From Minisyncoccota bacterium (GTDB taxonomy: Bacteria; Patescibacteriota; Minisyncoccia; Phycocordibacterales; UBA5272): 33,171 nt of DNA. The notes beneath the pieces were generated by a model. That model saw only the letters and a list, made by a program, of their open reading frames with translations, did not search any database and was not told where the DNA came from. Within the stretch, counting starts at the first letter, position 1. Every line of letters starts with the position of its first letter. The stretch is taken from the NCBI GenBank assembly GCA_043740125.1, contig JAYUCW010000039.1:1-33171 (forward strand), read 5' to 3'. Shown piece after piece: positions 1-8,293 of the stretch. The translations under genes and the position numbers were made by a program.

Positions 1-238
1 ACCCAGCAGGCAGCCAACTGACAAGAGCTTCCTTGATGGCGTTAATGATGCGCTTTACTTGTTTTTTTGACCAGCTAAGGAAGTTGCGAACTTCTTCAAC
101 GATGTTGTCGATTGATATAGTTCGTGTGTGCCACAAGAAAGGGTTTGGTGCGGAAATGAGAGCCAGAGCAATGGCTCCTTCAAGTTGAAGTTTTTCTGCT
201 TCATTTATCTCAACTGTCCTGCTTGTCTTTTTCGACAT
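1..238 (-). CDS. hypothetical protein, first 79 codons (gene runs off the left window edge)
   Basis: Minus-strand ATG at 238-236 with GAGGAG about 8 nt upstream. Open to position 1. Begins MSKKTSRTVEINEAEKLQLEGAIALALISAPNPF. No family recognised. Absent from the ORF track because it is truncated. Confidence 0.45.
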   Translation of the reverse strand, partial: MSKKTSRTVEINEAEKLQLEGAIALALISAPNPFLWHTRTISIDNIVEEVRNFLSWSKKQVKRIINAIKEALVSWLPAG

Positions 239-473
239 GTAAAAAACTCCTCGGTTTTTTCTGCAATCCGAAACGTCGGAAAGTCAGAAATATATACTAC
301 TATACCTTTCCATTCTCGTAAAGCATTAATTAGTGTATAATCTTCGAGTCGGCTCGGCCGCGAAGATGTCGAACAGTCAGCAGACTTTCGACCAGTGAAT
401 GATCACATTCCTTATATAGGTAAAGTGCTTGTATAATGTTCTAAATTAACATAATTAGAGAAAAACAAATAAT

Positions 474-554
474 GCCGGAGTGGCGGAATGGTAGACGCGC
501 ACGACTCAAAATCGTGTATCGCAAGGTGTGAGAGTTCGAGTCTCTCCTCCGGCA
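474..554 (+). tRNA. tRNA-Leu (anticodon CAA)
   Basis: Cloverleaf read by eye: acceptor GCCGGAG/CTCCGGC, anticodon stem CACGA/TCGTG with loop CTCAAAA, long variable arm, T-arm GAGAG-TTCGAGT-CTCTC. CCA is not encoded. Confidence 0.9.
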
Positions 555-710
555 CTAAAGAGAAAAATCTTGATTATATTCCCGAGACATCCTCCCATTC
601 TAAAGGTAGGTTGATTAAATACATTAATTTTGTATTAAAAAACCTACTTTTGATGATATACTTATAATGGCATTACATAATTGCATTATTAACTTTCTCA
701 ATAAAAAACT

Positions 711-1067
711 ATGGACTCATATAATTCTCCACGGACAAAACCATTGCACCGTGGAACACAAATTGTTTGGTATATTCTGGGAATTCTTGAAGCGCTTATG
801 GCATTTAGATTTGTTCTTAAATTACTTGCTGCTAATGCTGGTGCTGGATTTACAAGTTTCATCTATGGGGTCACGTACCCATTTGTGCTGCCGTTCCTAA
901 GTGTCTTTAAAATATCACGAGTTGAGGGTTCTATTTTTGAGTGGACAACTTTACTTGCCATGTTCGTCTATTGGCTTATTGCAATTGCAATTATTAAGTT
1001 ATTCGTCATGGGTAAAAGTGTTTCTACTGTAGAAGCTGCAGTTAAGCTAGATCAACAGGATAAATAA
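711..1067 (+). CDS. YggT-family small membrane protein
   Basis: 118 aa with 2-3 TM helices. RGTQIVWYILGILEALMAFRFVLKLLAANAGAGFTSFIY matches the YggT repeat pattern as I remember it. Confidence 0.6.
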   Translation: MDSYNSPRTKPLHRGTQIVWYILGILEALMAFRFVLKLLAANAGAGFTSFIYGVTYPFVLPFLSVFKISRVEGSIFEWTTLLAMFVYWLIAIAIIKLFVMGKSVSTVEAAVKLDQQDK

Positions 1068-1129
1068 AAAACTTCACATTACGTAGTAGACACCTAGTTT
1101 TTTCTGGAATGTACACATAAAAAAATGAT

Positions 1130-1660
1130 ATGAATCACAGAAACAAAAATATAGATAACATACGTACATCAGTGATATCATACTGGCCTTTACTAGCTGC
1201 GTATGCTTTGGCTTTTATGGCAGCGACCCAAAGTGTTAAATTTAATACTGCTCCAGATTTTATGTCCCATTTTATGGGTTTTGTGCTTGTAGTATTTGGC
1301 CTTTTTAAATTGTATGATGTGGAAGCATTCGTGAAAGGCTTTGTGCAGTATGATCCAATAGCGAAAAGATTTAAGATCTATGGTAAGATGTACCCTTTTG
1401 TAGAAATTTTATTAGGAGTTATGTTCATCTTTCAAATGTTTGTCCTCCCATCGACACTTATTGCGCTCGCTATCTATAGTGTTAGTCTGTATGGTGTAGT
1501 AAAGTCACTTTTAAAGAAGGAAAAACTTCATTGTATGTGTCTCGGTACGTACTTTAAGTTGCCCTTATCAAAGATCACACTTATTGAATCATTGTTTATG
1601 ATCTTGATGTGTTTGTGGATGTTGGTAATGATTGTTCAAATGAGAACTATGTCAATGTAA
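1130..1660 (+). CDS. MauE/DoxX-like redox-associated membrane protein
   Basis: 176 aa, multi-TM. Has the FGLFKLYD helix and a C-x-C (CMC) in a late helix. Sits next to a DUF305 gene. Family assignment is from memory only. Confidence 0.45.
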   Translation: MNHRNKNIDNIRTSVISYWPLLAAYALAFMAATQSVKFNTAPDFMSHFMGFVLVVFGLFKLYDVEAFVKGFVQYDPIAKRFKIYGKMYPFVEILLGVMFIFQMFVLPSTLIALAIYSVSLYGVVKSLLKKEKLHCMCLGTYFKLPLSKITLIESLFMILMCLWMLVMIVQMRTMSM

Positions 1661-1680
1661 TTATTAACTAAGTAAATTAT

Positions 1681-2088
1681 ATGAAAAATAATACACCATT
1701 TGTTGTCACGATCTCCTTATTAATAGGGTTAGGAATTGGATATGTAGTTGGTGTACAAAGAGGAGATGGTATGCCAACCCAGATGAGCTCTACAGCTGGA
1801 GGTCATACGATGTCTGATGGTACTATGATGGATAAAAGCATGGGAATGGAAAGTACTATGAATACCATGATGGCTAGTTTGCAAGGAAAAACAGGAGCAG
1901 AGTTTGATAAAGCATTTTTAAGTGAAATGATTACGCATCACCAAGGAGCTGTCGTTATGGCACAAGCTGCTTTAACAACGTCGAAAAGACCTGAGTTAGT
2001 TGCGCTTGCAAAGAATATTATTAGTGCTCAAACCACAGAAATTAAAATGATGAAGGATTGGCAGAAAGCTTGGTTTAACAAAAATTAA
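1681..2088 (+). CDS. DUF305 domain protein (membrane-anchored, Met-rich linker)
   Basis: FDKAFLSEMITHHQGAVVMAQ and AKNIISAQTTEIKMMKDW are the paired DUF305 helix motifs. N-terminal TM segment is present. Confidence 0.75.
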   Translation: MKNNTPFVVTISLLIGLGIGYVVGVQRGDGMPTQMSSTAGGHTMSDGTMMDKSMGMESTMNTMMASLQGKTGAEFDKAFLSEMITHHQGAVVMAQAALTTSKRPELVALAKNIISAQTTEIKMMKDWQKAWFNKN

Positions 2089-2385
2089 CTTACTAGACTA
2101 CTTGTCATGTAAAGAAATCTCTAAGTGTATGCATTTTATCACGGGTACTTTTGTGTAGAGAAAAGTGATTTTTATATCATTTTCTCTTCTTTCATTTTTC
2201 GTGCAAATGTAGCATCATAAAGATTTTCCTGTGAAAGTGTCTGTGACAACGCCGGAGTACAATCACCTCTCCTAAGAGTATTGTAGAGGCAGGTAAGATT
2301 TTAAAGATTTTGGAAAAATAGTTTGCTTTGACGTGGGAGTATTATGTATGGTATAAAAATAGGGGAGTTAAGAAGTTCTTTAACC

Positions 2386-2408
2386 GATGTCATAGACATC
2401 ATTTTTTT
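2386..2408 (+). terminator. intrinsic-terminator-like hairpin inside the 5' leader of the rlpA-like gene
   Basis: GATGTC-ATA-GACATC stem-loop followed by A-T7. Ends 15 nt before the ATG at 2423. Confidence 0.4.
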
Positions 2409-2422
2409 GAAAGAAAGTAATA

Positions 2423-2947
2423 ATGAAACGACGAAGTACGGTGAGCCTTATCACAAGTGTTGCTTTTTGTTTATGTACTACTGGTAGCACCAAAAGCACT
2501 CTTGCTTTTGATATTTCCAACAGTACAGGAGATAGTTCACTAAACAAAAATGGCACTGAGATGAGTGCTCACCAGGAATCACACGTGTTAATTGCACCTC
2601 CACAGCCAAAAAATAGGCAAGGGAAGTTCGTGTGTACTCATAATAGATACGTACCAGGTGAACAGCAAATTGGTGTTGCTTCTTGGTACGGTGCTGAGTT
2701 ACACGGGTCAGTCACTAAAAGTGGTGAGCGTTTCAATAAAAACGCTTCCACTATTGCACATCTGACACTCCCTATGGGAACAGGAGTACTCATCAAGAAT
2801 CCTGTAACAGGAGGTACTGTATATGCAACAGTGAATGACTGTGGTCCGTATGTCGCAGGTCGCATTGTTGACCTTTCAGAGTATGTAGCTCACGTGCTCG
2901 GTATCAAAAAGCGTGGAACAGGTATAGTGGTCCTCACTGTACTTTGA
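2423..2947 (+). CDS. rlpA: RlpA-like double-psi beta-barrel (septal ring lytic transglycosylase family) secreted protein
   Basis: Signal-like N-terminus, then GVASWYGAELHGSVTKSGERFN...TIAHLTLPMGTGVLIKN...VNDCGPYVAGRIVDLS, the RlpA/DPBB signature. Confidence 0.8.
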   Translation: MKRRSTVSLITSVAFCLCTTGSTKSTLAFDISNSTGDSSLNKNGTEMSAHQESHVLIAPPQPKNRQGKFVCTHNRYVPGEQQIGVASWYGAELHGSVTKSGERFNKNASTIAHLTLPMGTGVLIKNPVTGGTVYATVNDCGPYVAGRIVDLSEYVAHVLGIKKRGTGIVVLTVL

Positions 2948-2967
2948 TTTCTTTTGTAACCTATAAC

Positions 2968-2993
2968 GGGCACCATGATGGTGCTCGTTTTTT
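2968..2993 (+). terminator. rho-independent terminator after the rlpA-like gene
   Basis: GGGCACC-ATGAT-GGTGCTC stem (one G-U pair) followed by a T-run. Confidence 0.5.
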
Positions 2994-2996
2994 ATT

Positions 2997-3176
2997 AGGA
3001 CTTACGCACTTGGCGATTTTCTTTGTCGAAACTCCTGAATCAGCAGATTCATGGCTTGGCCATAAACTTTTCTCGCAAGCGTACTACTCGTACGTCTCTC
3101 GAACCAGCAGGTTCGCGGCTTTGCCGTAAACAAAATAAGGGTTTCTTCGCGAATCTCATCCAAGTGCGTAAGTCCT
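2997..3176. repeat. 180-bp MITE-like element bounded by perfect 17-bp inverted repeats
   Basis: AGGACTTACGCACTTGG at 2997-3013 and its exact reverse complement CCAAGTGCGTAAGTCCT at 3160-3176. The interior is G+C-richer than its surroundings and carries three short hairpins (3037-3050, 3051-3063, 3100-3115). Confidence 0.6.
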
Positions 3177-3263
3177 ATTTATATTATTTTTAGTATGCAT
3201 TAGACTCTTTTCTTTCTCCACACCTAGATTTTTTCGCATGGTATACTGACCTCATAAATACCT

Positions 3264-4478
3264 ATGGGGCACACTGAATCATCAATTTATTGGATAGAAA
3301 TAGAAAAAATAATACCAAATCCGTATCAACCACGGCGTGAATTTGATCAGGACAGACTTAGTGAACTCTCTGCAAGCATTCGTCAGTATGGAGTACTTCA
3401 GCCGCTTGTCGTGTCCCGTCAAGAGACGATGCTAGAAGATGGCGGCATAAAAGTAGAGTATGAGCTTATCGCAGGGGAGAGGCGTTTGCGAGCGTCTAAG
3501 CTCGCTGGAATTCTCCAGGTGCCTGTTGTTGTGCGTAGTGGAGATGATAGTCGTGCCAAGCTTGAGCTTGCTATTATTGAGAATCTTCAACGAGAAGACC
3601 TCAATGCTGTTGAACGTGCACAATCATTCCAAAGACTGGCGGATGAATTCAAACTCACCTGGGCAGAAGTTGGAAGAAAGATGGGCAAGAGTCGTGAATA
3701 TGTGTCTAACACAGTGCGCATCCTCATGCTTCCTCAAGATATACTAGATGCGCTCTCTAAGGGTAAAATTACTGAAGGACATACTCGACCACTTCTTATG
3801 TTAATTGACAGAACTTCGGAACAGATGACACTCTTTAAAGAAATGATGGTGAGGAAGATGACCGTGCGAGAGGCAGAACAGATAGCGCGCCGTATCGCAT
3901 TTGAAAAAGTTCGTAAGAAGGACTTATTCATGACACCTGAGGTTGTTGATATGGAAGAGGCTCTTGCTTCAACGCTTGGCACTCGAGTACAAATAGAACC
4001 TCGTGAACGTGGAGGGAGAATTTCTATTGATTATTTTTCACATGATGAGTTGCTCGCGCTTTCTATTGCTATTAGGAAAGCAGGAGAGCAGAAGACTCAC
4101 AAGGGGATGTTCGATAAGTTACGCGATGAGGATATTGAGACATTAAACGCTGTGCCTAATACTGAGCGATATATCAGACCGATTACTGAGTTTACCCATC
4201 TTGATCAAGAGGGTAAGCCTCATGTTGAAGTAGTAGAAGAGATAGCGCTCCCTGAACTATTGAGTGATGTGGTTACAATAACTTCGTCCGAGGCGATCGA
4301 GTTAGATGGAATCAAGCCTGAGAATATCGCTGTTGAGGTACAAGAAGAATTTGTAGCTAAAGCACTTCACGAAGAAATTGTACAAACAGAAATTGCAGAA
4401 GATGATAGGTCTCTTGAAGATATCAAGAGTGATGAACAGAATGAAGATTTGTATTCGATAAAGAATTTTGCACTATAA
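3264..4478 (+). CDS. parB: ParB/Spo0J-family partition protein with long acidic C-terminal extension
   Basis: IEKIIPNPYQPRREFD, GERRLRASKLAG and IIENLQREDLN (ParB N-terminal boxes), plus an HTH region. The last 120 aa or so are rich in E/D. Confidence 0.85.
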   Translation: MGHTESSIYWIEIEKIIPNPYQPRREFDQDRLSELSASIRQYGVLQPLVVSRQETMLEDGGIKVEYELIAGERRLRASKLAGILQVPVVVRSGDDSRAKLELAIIENLQREDLNAVERAQSFQRLADEFKLTWAEVGRKMGKSREYVSNTVRILMLPQDILDALSKGKITEGHTRPLLMLIDRTSEQMTLFKEMMVRKMTVREAEQIARRIAFEKVRKKDLFMTPEVVDMEEALASTLGTRVQIEPRERGGRISIDYFSHDELLALSIAIRKAGEQKTHKGMFDKLRDEDIETLNAVPNTERYIRPITEFTHLDQEGKPHVEVVEEIALPELLSDVVTITSSEAIELDGIKPENIAVEVQEEFVAKALHEEIVQTEIAEDDRSLEDIKSDEQNEDLYSIKNFAL

Positions 4479-4481
4479 AGT

Positions 4482-4742
4482 ATGCAACAAGAAATATTTA
4501 TAATTCCAGATAGTGCTCCACAGATTGGTGCTATATATGTACATTTTAAAAACCCGGGAAAAGAGTATCAGGTGACAGGAATCTCGCTTAACTCTGATAG
4601 TGATGAGTGGCACATTGAATACGTGCCACTTTATGAAGGTGCTGTTGCTCAGAAATTTAATAGGTCACTTGCTACATGGTCAAATAAAGCTACTGTTGAT
4701 GGAAAGGAGGTGGAAAGATATCAGTTTGTGAGGATTAATTAA
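4482..4742 (+). CDS. DUF1653-like small protein
   Basis: 86 aa. YVHFKNPGKEYQVTG...SDEWHIEYVPLY resembles the DUF1653 Y-x-H-Y-K-G ... VVY-x-x-LY pattern. Starts 4 nt after parB. Confidence 0.45.
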   Translation: MQQEIFIIPDSAPQIGAIYVHFKNPGKEYQVTGISLNSDSDEWHIEYVPLYEGAVAQKFNRSLATWSNKATVDGKEVERYQFVRIN

Positions 4743-4745
4743 GTA

Positions 4746-5113
4746 TTTGTCATTCCCGTGAAGACGGGAATCCAGGTCTTATAATTCCTCATATACTCAT
4801 ATACTCATATAAATCTTTCCACTCGTAATTCTTTTCTTCAATCATTTTAATCTTCCAGTCACGGTTCCACTTTTTCATTTGCTTTTCTTTAATTAACGCT
4901 GCTTCGATTGATTCAGTTGACTCGTACCAGATTAATTTGTCTACCTTGTACTTTTCTGTGAACCCTTTGAATACTTTGGACTTATGTTCGTGGATTCTTC
5001 GTTTAAGATCGTTAGTAACCCCAACGTAGAGTGTTCCGTTTCTATCGCTCGCTAGTATGTAGACATAATATATTTTCATGGACCTAGATTCCCGTATTCA
5101 CGGGAATGACAAA
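4746..5113. mobile_element. GIY-YIG nuclease cassette framed by 31-nt hairpin-forming inverted repeats
   Basis: TTTGTCATTCCCGTGAAGACGGGAATCCAGG (4746-4776) versus the reverse complement of 5083-5113 (TTTGTCATTCCCGTGAATACGGGAATCTAGG): 29 of 31 identical. Each arm also folds on itself (ATTCCCGT/ACGGGAAT). The element fills the whole gap between two convergent genes. Confidence 0.55.
4789..5079 (-). CDS. GIY-YIG nuclease family protein (small stand-alone URI-domain type)
   Basis: YVYILASDRNGTLYVGVTNDLKRRIHEHK ... KLIWYE ... EKQMKKWNRDWK is the typical short GIY-YIG (COG2827-type) sequence. Confidence 0.85.
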   Translation of the reverse strand: MKIYYVYILASDRNGTLYVGVTNDLKRRIHEHKSKVFKGFTEKYKVDKLIWYESTESIEAALIKEKQMKKWNRDWKIKMIEEKNYEWKDLYEYMSI

Positions 5114-5118
5114 CAGAA

Positions 5119-6603
5119 TTACCTTGTAAGGAATTTATCCAAAATTCCTCCATGTTCCTTCACATACTGGCGTATTTTTCTTTTCGCAAGTGTTGTCTTT
5201 GCCATGTCTATCCATTTTCGTTTTGGTGAAGCAGATTCTTTTACTTCTATTTCTACAACATCGCGGTTATTAAGTTTTGTATCAAGTGGAACAAGCTTTC
5301 CATTTACTTTTACTCCTGCTACATGGTCACCAATATCAGAGTGGACTGCATAAGCAAAATCAATCGGCGTAGATCCATATGGCAGGTCAATCACGTCCCC
5401 CTTTGGAGTAAGAATGAATACTCGATGCTGAAAAAAGTCTTCCTTAAGATGTTTCATAAAGTCCTTGTGTGGCTCAATATCTTTTTGCCACTCAAGAAGT
5501 TCTTTGGTCCATCCAGTTTTTTTGATAAGATCTTCTTTTGTAGCACCACTTCCAAGTTCTTTATACGAAAGGTGACTTGCGACACCATATTCTGCTTCTC
5601 TATGCATTTCTTTTGTACGAATTTGAATTTCGAGGGTGTTGCCATCACCAGAAAATATAGTTGTATGAAGTGATCTGTAGCCATTTGGCTTTGGCACGGC
5701 GATATAGTCCTTGAATCTTCCAGGTACAGGTCTGTAGAAACCATGAATGACTCCGAGCGCTTGGTAACAGTCTGATATAGTTGGAACAATAATACGGAGT
5801 GCGAGTACATCATGCACTTTAGATTCATCCATTTTGTAACGCTTAAGCTTTTGCCATAATGAGTAGAGGTGTTTTACTCGGTGGTCGATCTGTTCTATTT
5901 CGACATCAAAAATTTGAAGTTCGTTTTTAAAAGTTGCAACTACTTTTTCTAATTGCTCATCTGATACTGGATTCATTGTTTTGAAAAGATCTACCGTTTT
6001 TTTGTATTCTTCAGGGTAGACATAGGGAAAGGCTGCATCTTCAAGCTGTGCTTTAAGTCGCCCCATACCAAGGCGGTCGGCAAGACGAGCGTGAATTTCA
6101 AGAGTTTCAAGAGCAATGCGTTTTTGTTTGTCAGGGGAAACATACTGAAGTGTTTGAATATTGTGAAGTCTGTCGCAGAGCTTGATGACAACCACTCGTA
6201 TGTCATCTGCCATCGCGATGAAAAATTTTCGAAGACTTTCGACGTGACGTTCTGTCCCCGTGTAGCGGAGCTTTCCAAGCTTGGTCACTCCTTCAACTAA
6301 CTTGGTGATGTGTTCACCGAAGGCTTGTGTCATTTCGATATCAGTCACGCTTGTATCTTCAAGAACGTCATGCATGATACCAGCCGCGATAGTGTCAGCA
6401 TCCATCTTAAGCATCGCTAAGTTAATTCCTGTTGCAAAAACATGGTTATAATATGGTTCGCCAGATTTTCGTTGCTGTCCTGCGTGAGCCTGCTGTGCAA
6501 AAGCACACGCATGTTTAATGAGTGACTTATCTGCCTCGCCCAGGTCAGGGAGGAGGGCAAAAATTCTATCGGGATTGGTGTCAGAATAAGGTCGAGAGTC
6601 CAT
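5119..6603 (-). CDS. rel: bifunctional (p)ppGpp synthetase/hydrolase, short Rel/SpoT homologue (HD + synthetase + TGS)
   Basis: HD motif region HDVLEDT. Synthetase region YRSLHTTI...EIQIRT. TGS-like FILTPKGDVIDLPYGSTPIDFAYAVHSDIG. 494 aa, so the C-terminal regulatory part is truncated. Confidence 0.85.
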   Translation of the reverse strand: MDSRPYSDTNPDRIFALLPDLGEADKSLIKHACAFAQQAHAGQQRKSGEPYYNHVFATGINLAMLKMDADTIAAGIMHDVLEDTSVTDIEMTQAFGEHITKLVEGVTKLGKLRYTGTERHVESLRKFFIAMADDIRVVVIKLCDRLHNIQTLQYVSPDKQKRIALETLEIHARLADRLGMGRLKAQLEDAAFPYVYPEEYKKTVDLFKTMNPVSDEQLEKVVATFKNELQIFDVEIEQIDHRVKHLYSLWQKLKRYKMDESKVHDVLALRIIVPTISDCYQALGVIHGFYRPVPGRFKDYIAVPKPNGYRSLHTTIFSGDGNTLEIQIRTKEMHREAEYGVASHLSYKELGSGATKEDLIKKTGWTKELLEWQKDIEPHKDFMKHLKEDFFQHRVFILTPKGDVIDLPYGSTPIDFAYAVHSDIGDHVAGVKVNGKLVPLDTKLNNRDVVEIEVKESASPKRKWIDMAKTTLAKRKIRQYVKEHGGILDKFLTR

Positions 6604-6682
6604 TACATTACAATACCATAAGATGGTTGTTAGGGGCTAGTAGTTAGTGTTTAGTGAATACAGAAAATAGTGAGGTGTTTTT

Positions 6683-7399
6683 TTAAAAAAAGTATGGTAT
6701 TGCGAGAGCAAGAGAAAAAATGAGTGAATATATAATGATATAGTCGGTAACTTTTTTCGGAAGTTTGTAGATAACCTTTTTACCAAGAAATACGGTGAGG
6801 AGCATGAAAGGAAAGAGAACAAGAATAGAAAGCATGTCATGAAAAGGGATTGACTCGTGGATCAATCGAGTAGAGAGCATACCAATACCGCTAGCAAGGA
6901 AGACTACCGCAATGGTGCCCTGTACAACAGCAAGTGAATGACCCTTTGCGAAGAGGTATCCTTGACGTAGTGGTCCGACAGACATTCCGAATGATTGGAG
7001 GAATGCTGTGATGAATCCGGAGACAAAGAGACCGTAATGTTTATTTTTTGTGTCTACGTGTGCAACTTTTTTGAAATATTTATAAATATACATAAACCCA
7101 GAAAGTATAAAAATTGTAATGATTACTTTTTGTGGGATGACACCTACAAAGTATCCGCCGACTATTCCACCGATTAGTCCGTAGATTGCGAAACCAAATG
7201 CATCTTCCCAGAGAATATCTTTCCAAAAAATAATAATACGAGCAAGTGCCCCCATGACGAGGAATACGGTTGTAAGGAAAAGCACTTTATGTGGCTCGTA
7301 GAAGTGAAGCAGTAGCGGATTGATATGAAGTGATCCAGGTAAGTTAATAACCGTGCCAAGGAATACAACAACAAGAGCGAGAGAGTAGAATGCCAGCAT
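6683..7399 (-). CDS. TauE/SafE-like anion exporter family membrane protein
   Basis: 238 aa, about 7 TM helices, with glycine-rich helix GLIGGIVGGYFVG. Family call is from memory. Confidence 0.45.
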   Translation of the reverse strand: MLAFYSLALVVVFLGTVINLPGSLHINPLLLHFYEPHKVLFLTTVFLVMGALARIIIFWKDILWEDAFGFAIYGLIGGIVGGYFVGVIPQKVIITIFILSGFMYIYKYFKKVAHVDTKNKHYGLFVSGFITAFLQSFGMSVGPLRQGYLFAKGHSLAVVQGTIAVVFLASGIGMLSTRLIHESIPFHDMLSILVLFPFMLLTVFLGKKVIYKLPKKVTDYIIIYSLIFSLALAIPYFF

Positions 7400-7415
7400 G
7401 ATTGGTAAAGTGTAG

Positions 7416-7439
7416 CAAAAAAAGCCGCGTGTGCGCGGC
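7416..7439 (-). terminator. rho-independent terminator (minus strand)
   Basis: GCCGCG-TGTG-CGCGGC hairpin. On the minus strand it is followed by a T-run (plus-strand A-run 7416-7423). Confidence 0.5.
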
Positions 7440-7483
7440 TAAGAATAGCTATATAAAATAGATATTGGTGAAGTTGGTGTAAT

Positions 7484-7517
7484 AAAAAATAAAGCCGGGC
7501 AGTGTATGTGCTGCCCG
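7484..7517 (-). terminator. rho-independent terminator after the 82-aa membrane protein gene
   Basis: CGGGCAG...CTGCCCG stem. The minus strand reads the stem, then CTTTATTTTTT. Confidence 0.5.
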
Positions 7518-7536
7518 ACTCGATGTCGTTCGTTTT

Positions 7537-7785
7537 TTACCCTGGAGGGTTTTGTTCTTTTTCCTTGAAAGCAAAACGTATCCCGACTATTATTAGGATC
7601 ATTATAAATGTCCAAGTGATAACAGCACGGAATATGGGATTCAAATCGATCCGACTGATCTCTCGGGAGAGTATCTGGATGGTGGGCATGGCAGTGAGTA
7701 ACAAGACCCCACTCACATAAACACTGAGAGCAAGTACAAAGATTGCTCCAGCAAAATTGACAAGAAGACGTGGAATTTTTTCCAT
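7537..7785 (-). CDS. small membrane protein, 2-3 TM helices, unknown function
   Basis: 82-aa ORF with a clear hydrophobic pattern, followed by terminators. Confidence 0.4.
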   Translation of the reverse strand: MEKIPRLLVNFAGAIFVLALSVYVSGVLLLTAMPTIQILSREISRIDLNPIFRAVITWTFIMILIIVGIRFAFKEKEQNPPG

Positions 7786-7924
7786 GGTTAGCTCCAGAAA
7801 AGTGGTTGAAAGTGCAAATTATATTATATCATTAATATATATAAAAGTCAAGTAAAAGTTGACATAACATAGTATAATTGGTAGTATTTTAAGTTGTTTC
7901 GTCTACTTTTTTAGAAAGGGAACT

Positions 7925-8272
7925 ATGTTCATTAGTACTGATGATCGAAGCGCGGGTGAGACCAAAATTTCTCCTGCTTCACAAGCTAGATCTTCTAGTC
8001 TTTGGGTTTTGTTAGTAAGAACAAGCCAGATTCTTCAAATTTGTGAACCGGATATACTTGGTTGTATGACGGAAGCCCGTTTTAAGGTGCTTGCAGCTAT
8101 TTTGAAAGAGCCTCCATCAAAGATTCAAGCTCAGTTTGCGTGTGTTTCAGAAACAAAAAAGCCCCAAGCTCTCAAGGTTGGGGAAGAAAACGAGATGCGC
8201 ATACTTAATCAACAGATTCAGTTTGTCGCGTGTAGGTGTATGTTTTACTTTGAAGTTGTACAGTCTCTTTAA
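7925..8272 (+). CDS. hypothetical protein (weak call; may instead be a noncoding transcript)
   Basis: 115-aa ORF between promoter-like sequence near 7859-7890 and the terminator at 8301-8325. No family recognised and composition is unremarkable. Confidence 0.2.
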   Translation: MFISTDDRSAGETKISPASQARSSSLWVLLVRTSQILQICEPDILGCMTEARFKVLAAILKEPPSKIQAQFACVSETKKPQALKVGEENEMRILNQQIQFVACRCMFYFEVVQSL

Positions 8273-8293
8273 GTCAGCGCAGTTTTAACTCCA

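Noticed and set aside
128-340. 70-aa plus-strand ORF at the left edge
   Set aside because: It lies antisense to the better-supported minus-strand gene start (SD plus ATG at 238) and has low-complexity, Cys/Phe-rich content.
2944-3129. 61-aa plus-strand ORF
   Set aside because: It lies across the terminator and the MITE-like inverted-repeat element, has no start context and no recognisable family.
7859-7878. TTGACA-N8-TATAAT at 7859-7878, and the same pattern on the minus strand at about 32812-32831
   Set aside because: The 8-nt spacing is incompatible with a sigma-70 -35/-10 pair. For infB, the TG-C-TATAAT extended -10 alone is the plausible promoter. For 7859, the alternative TAGTAT at 17-nt spacing was used.
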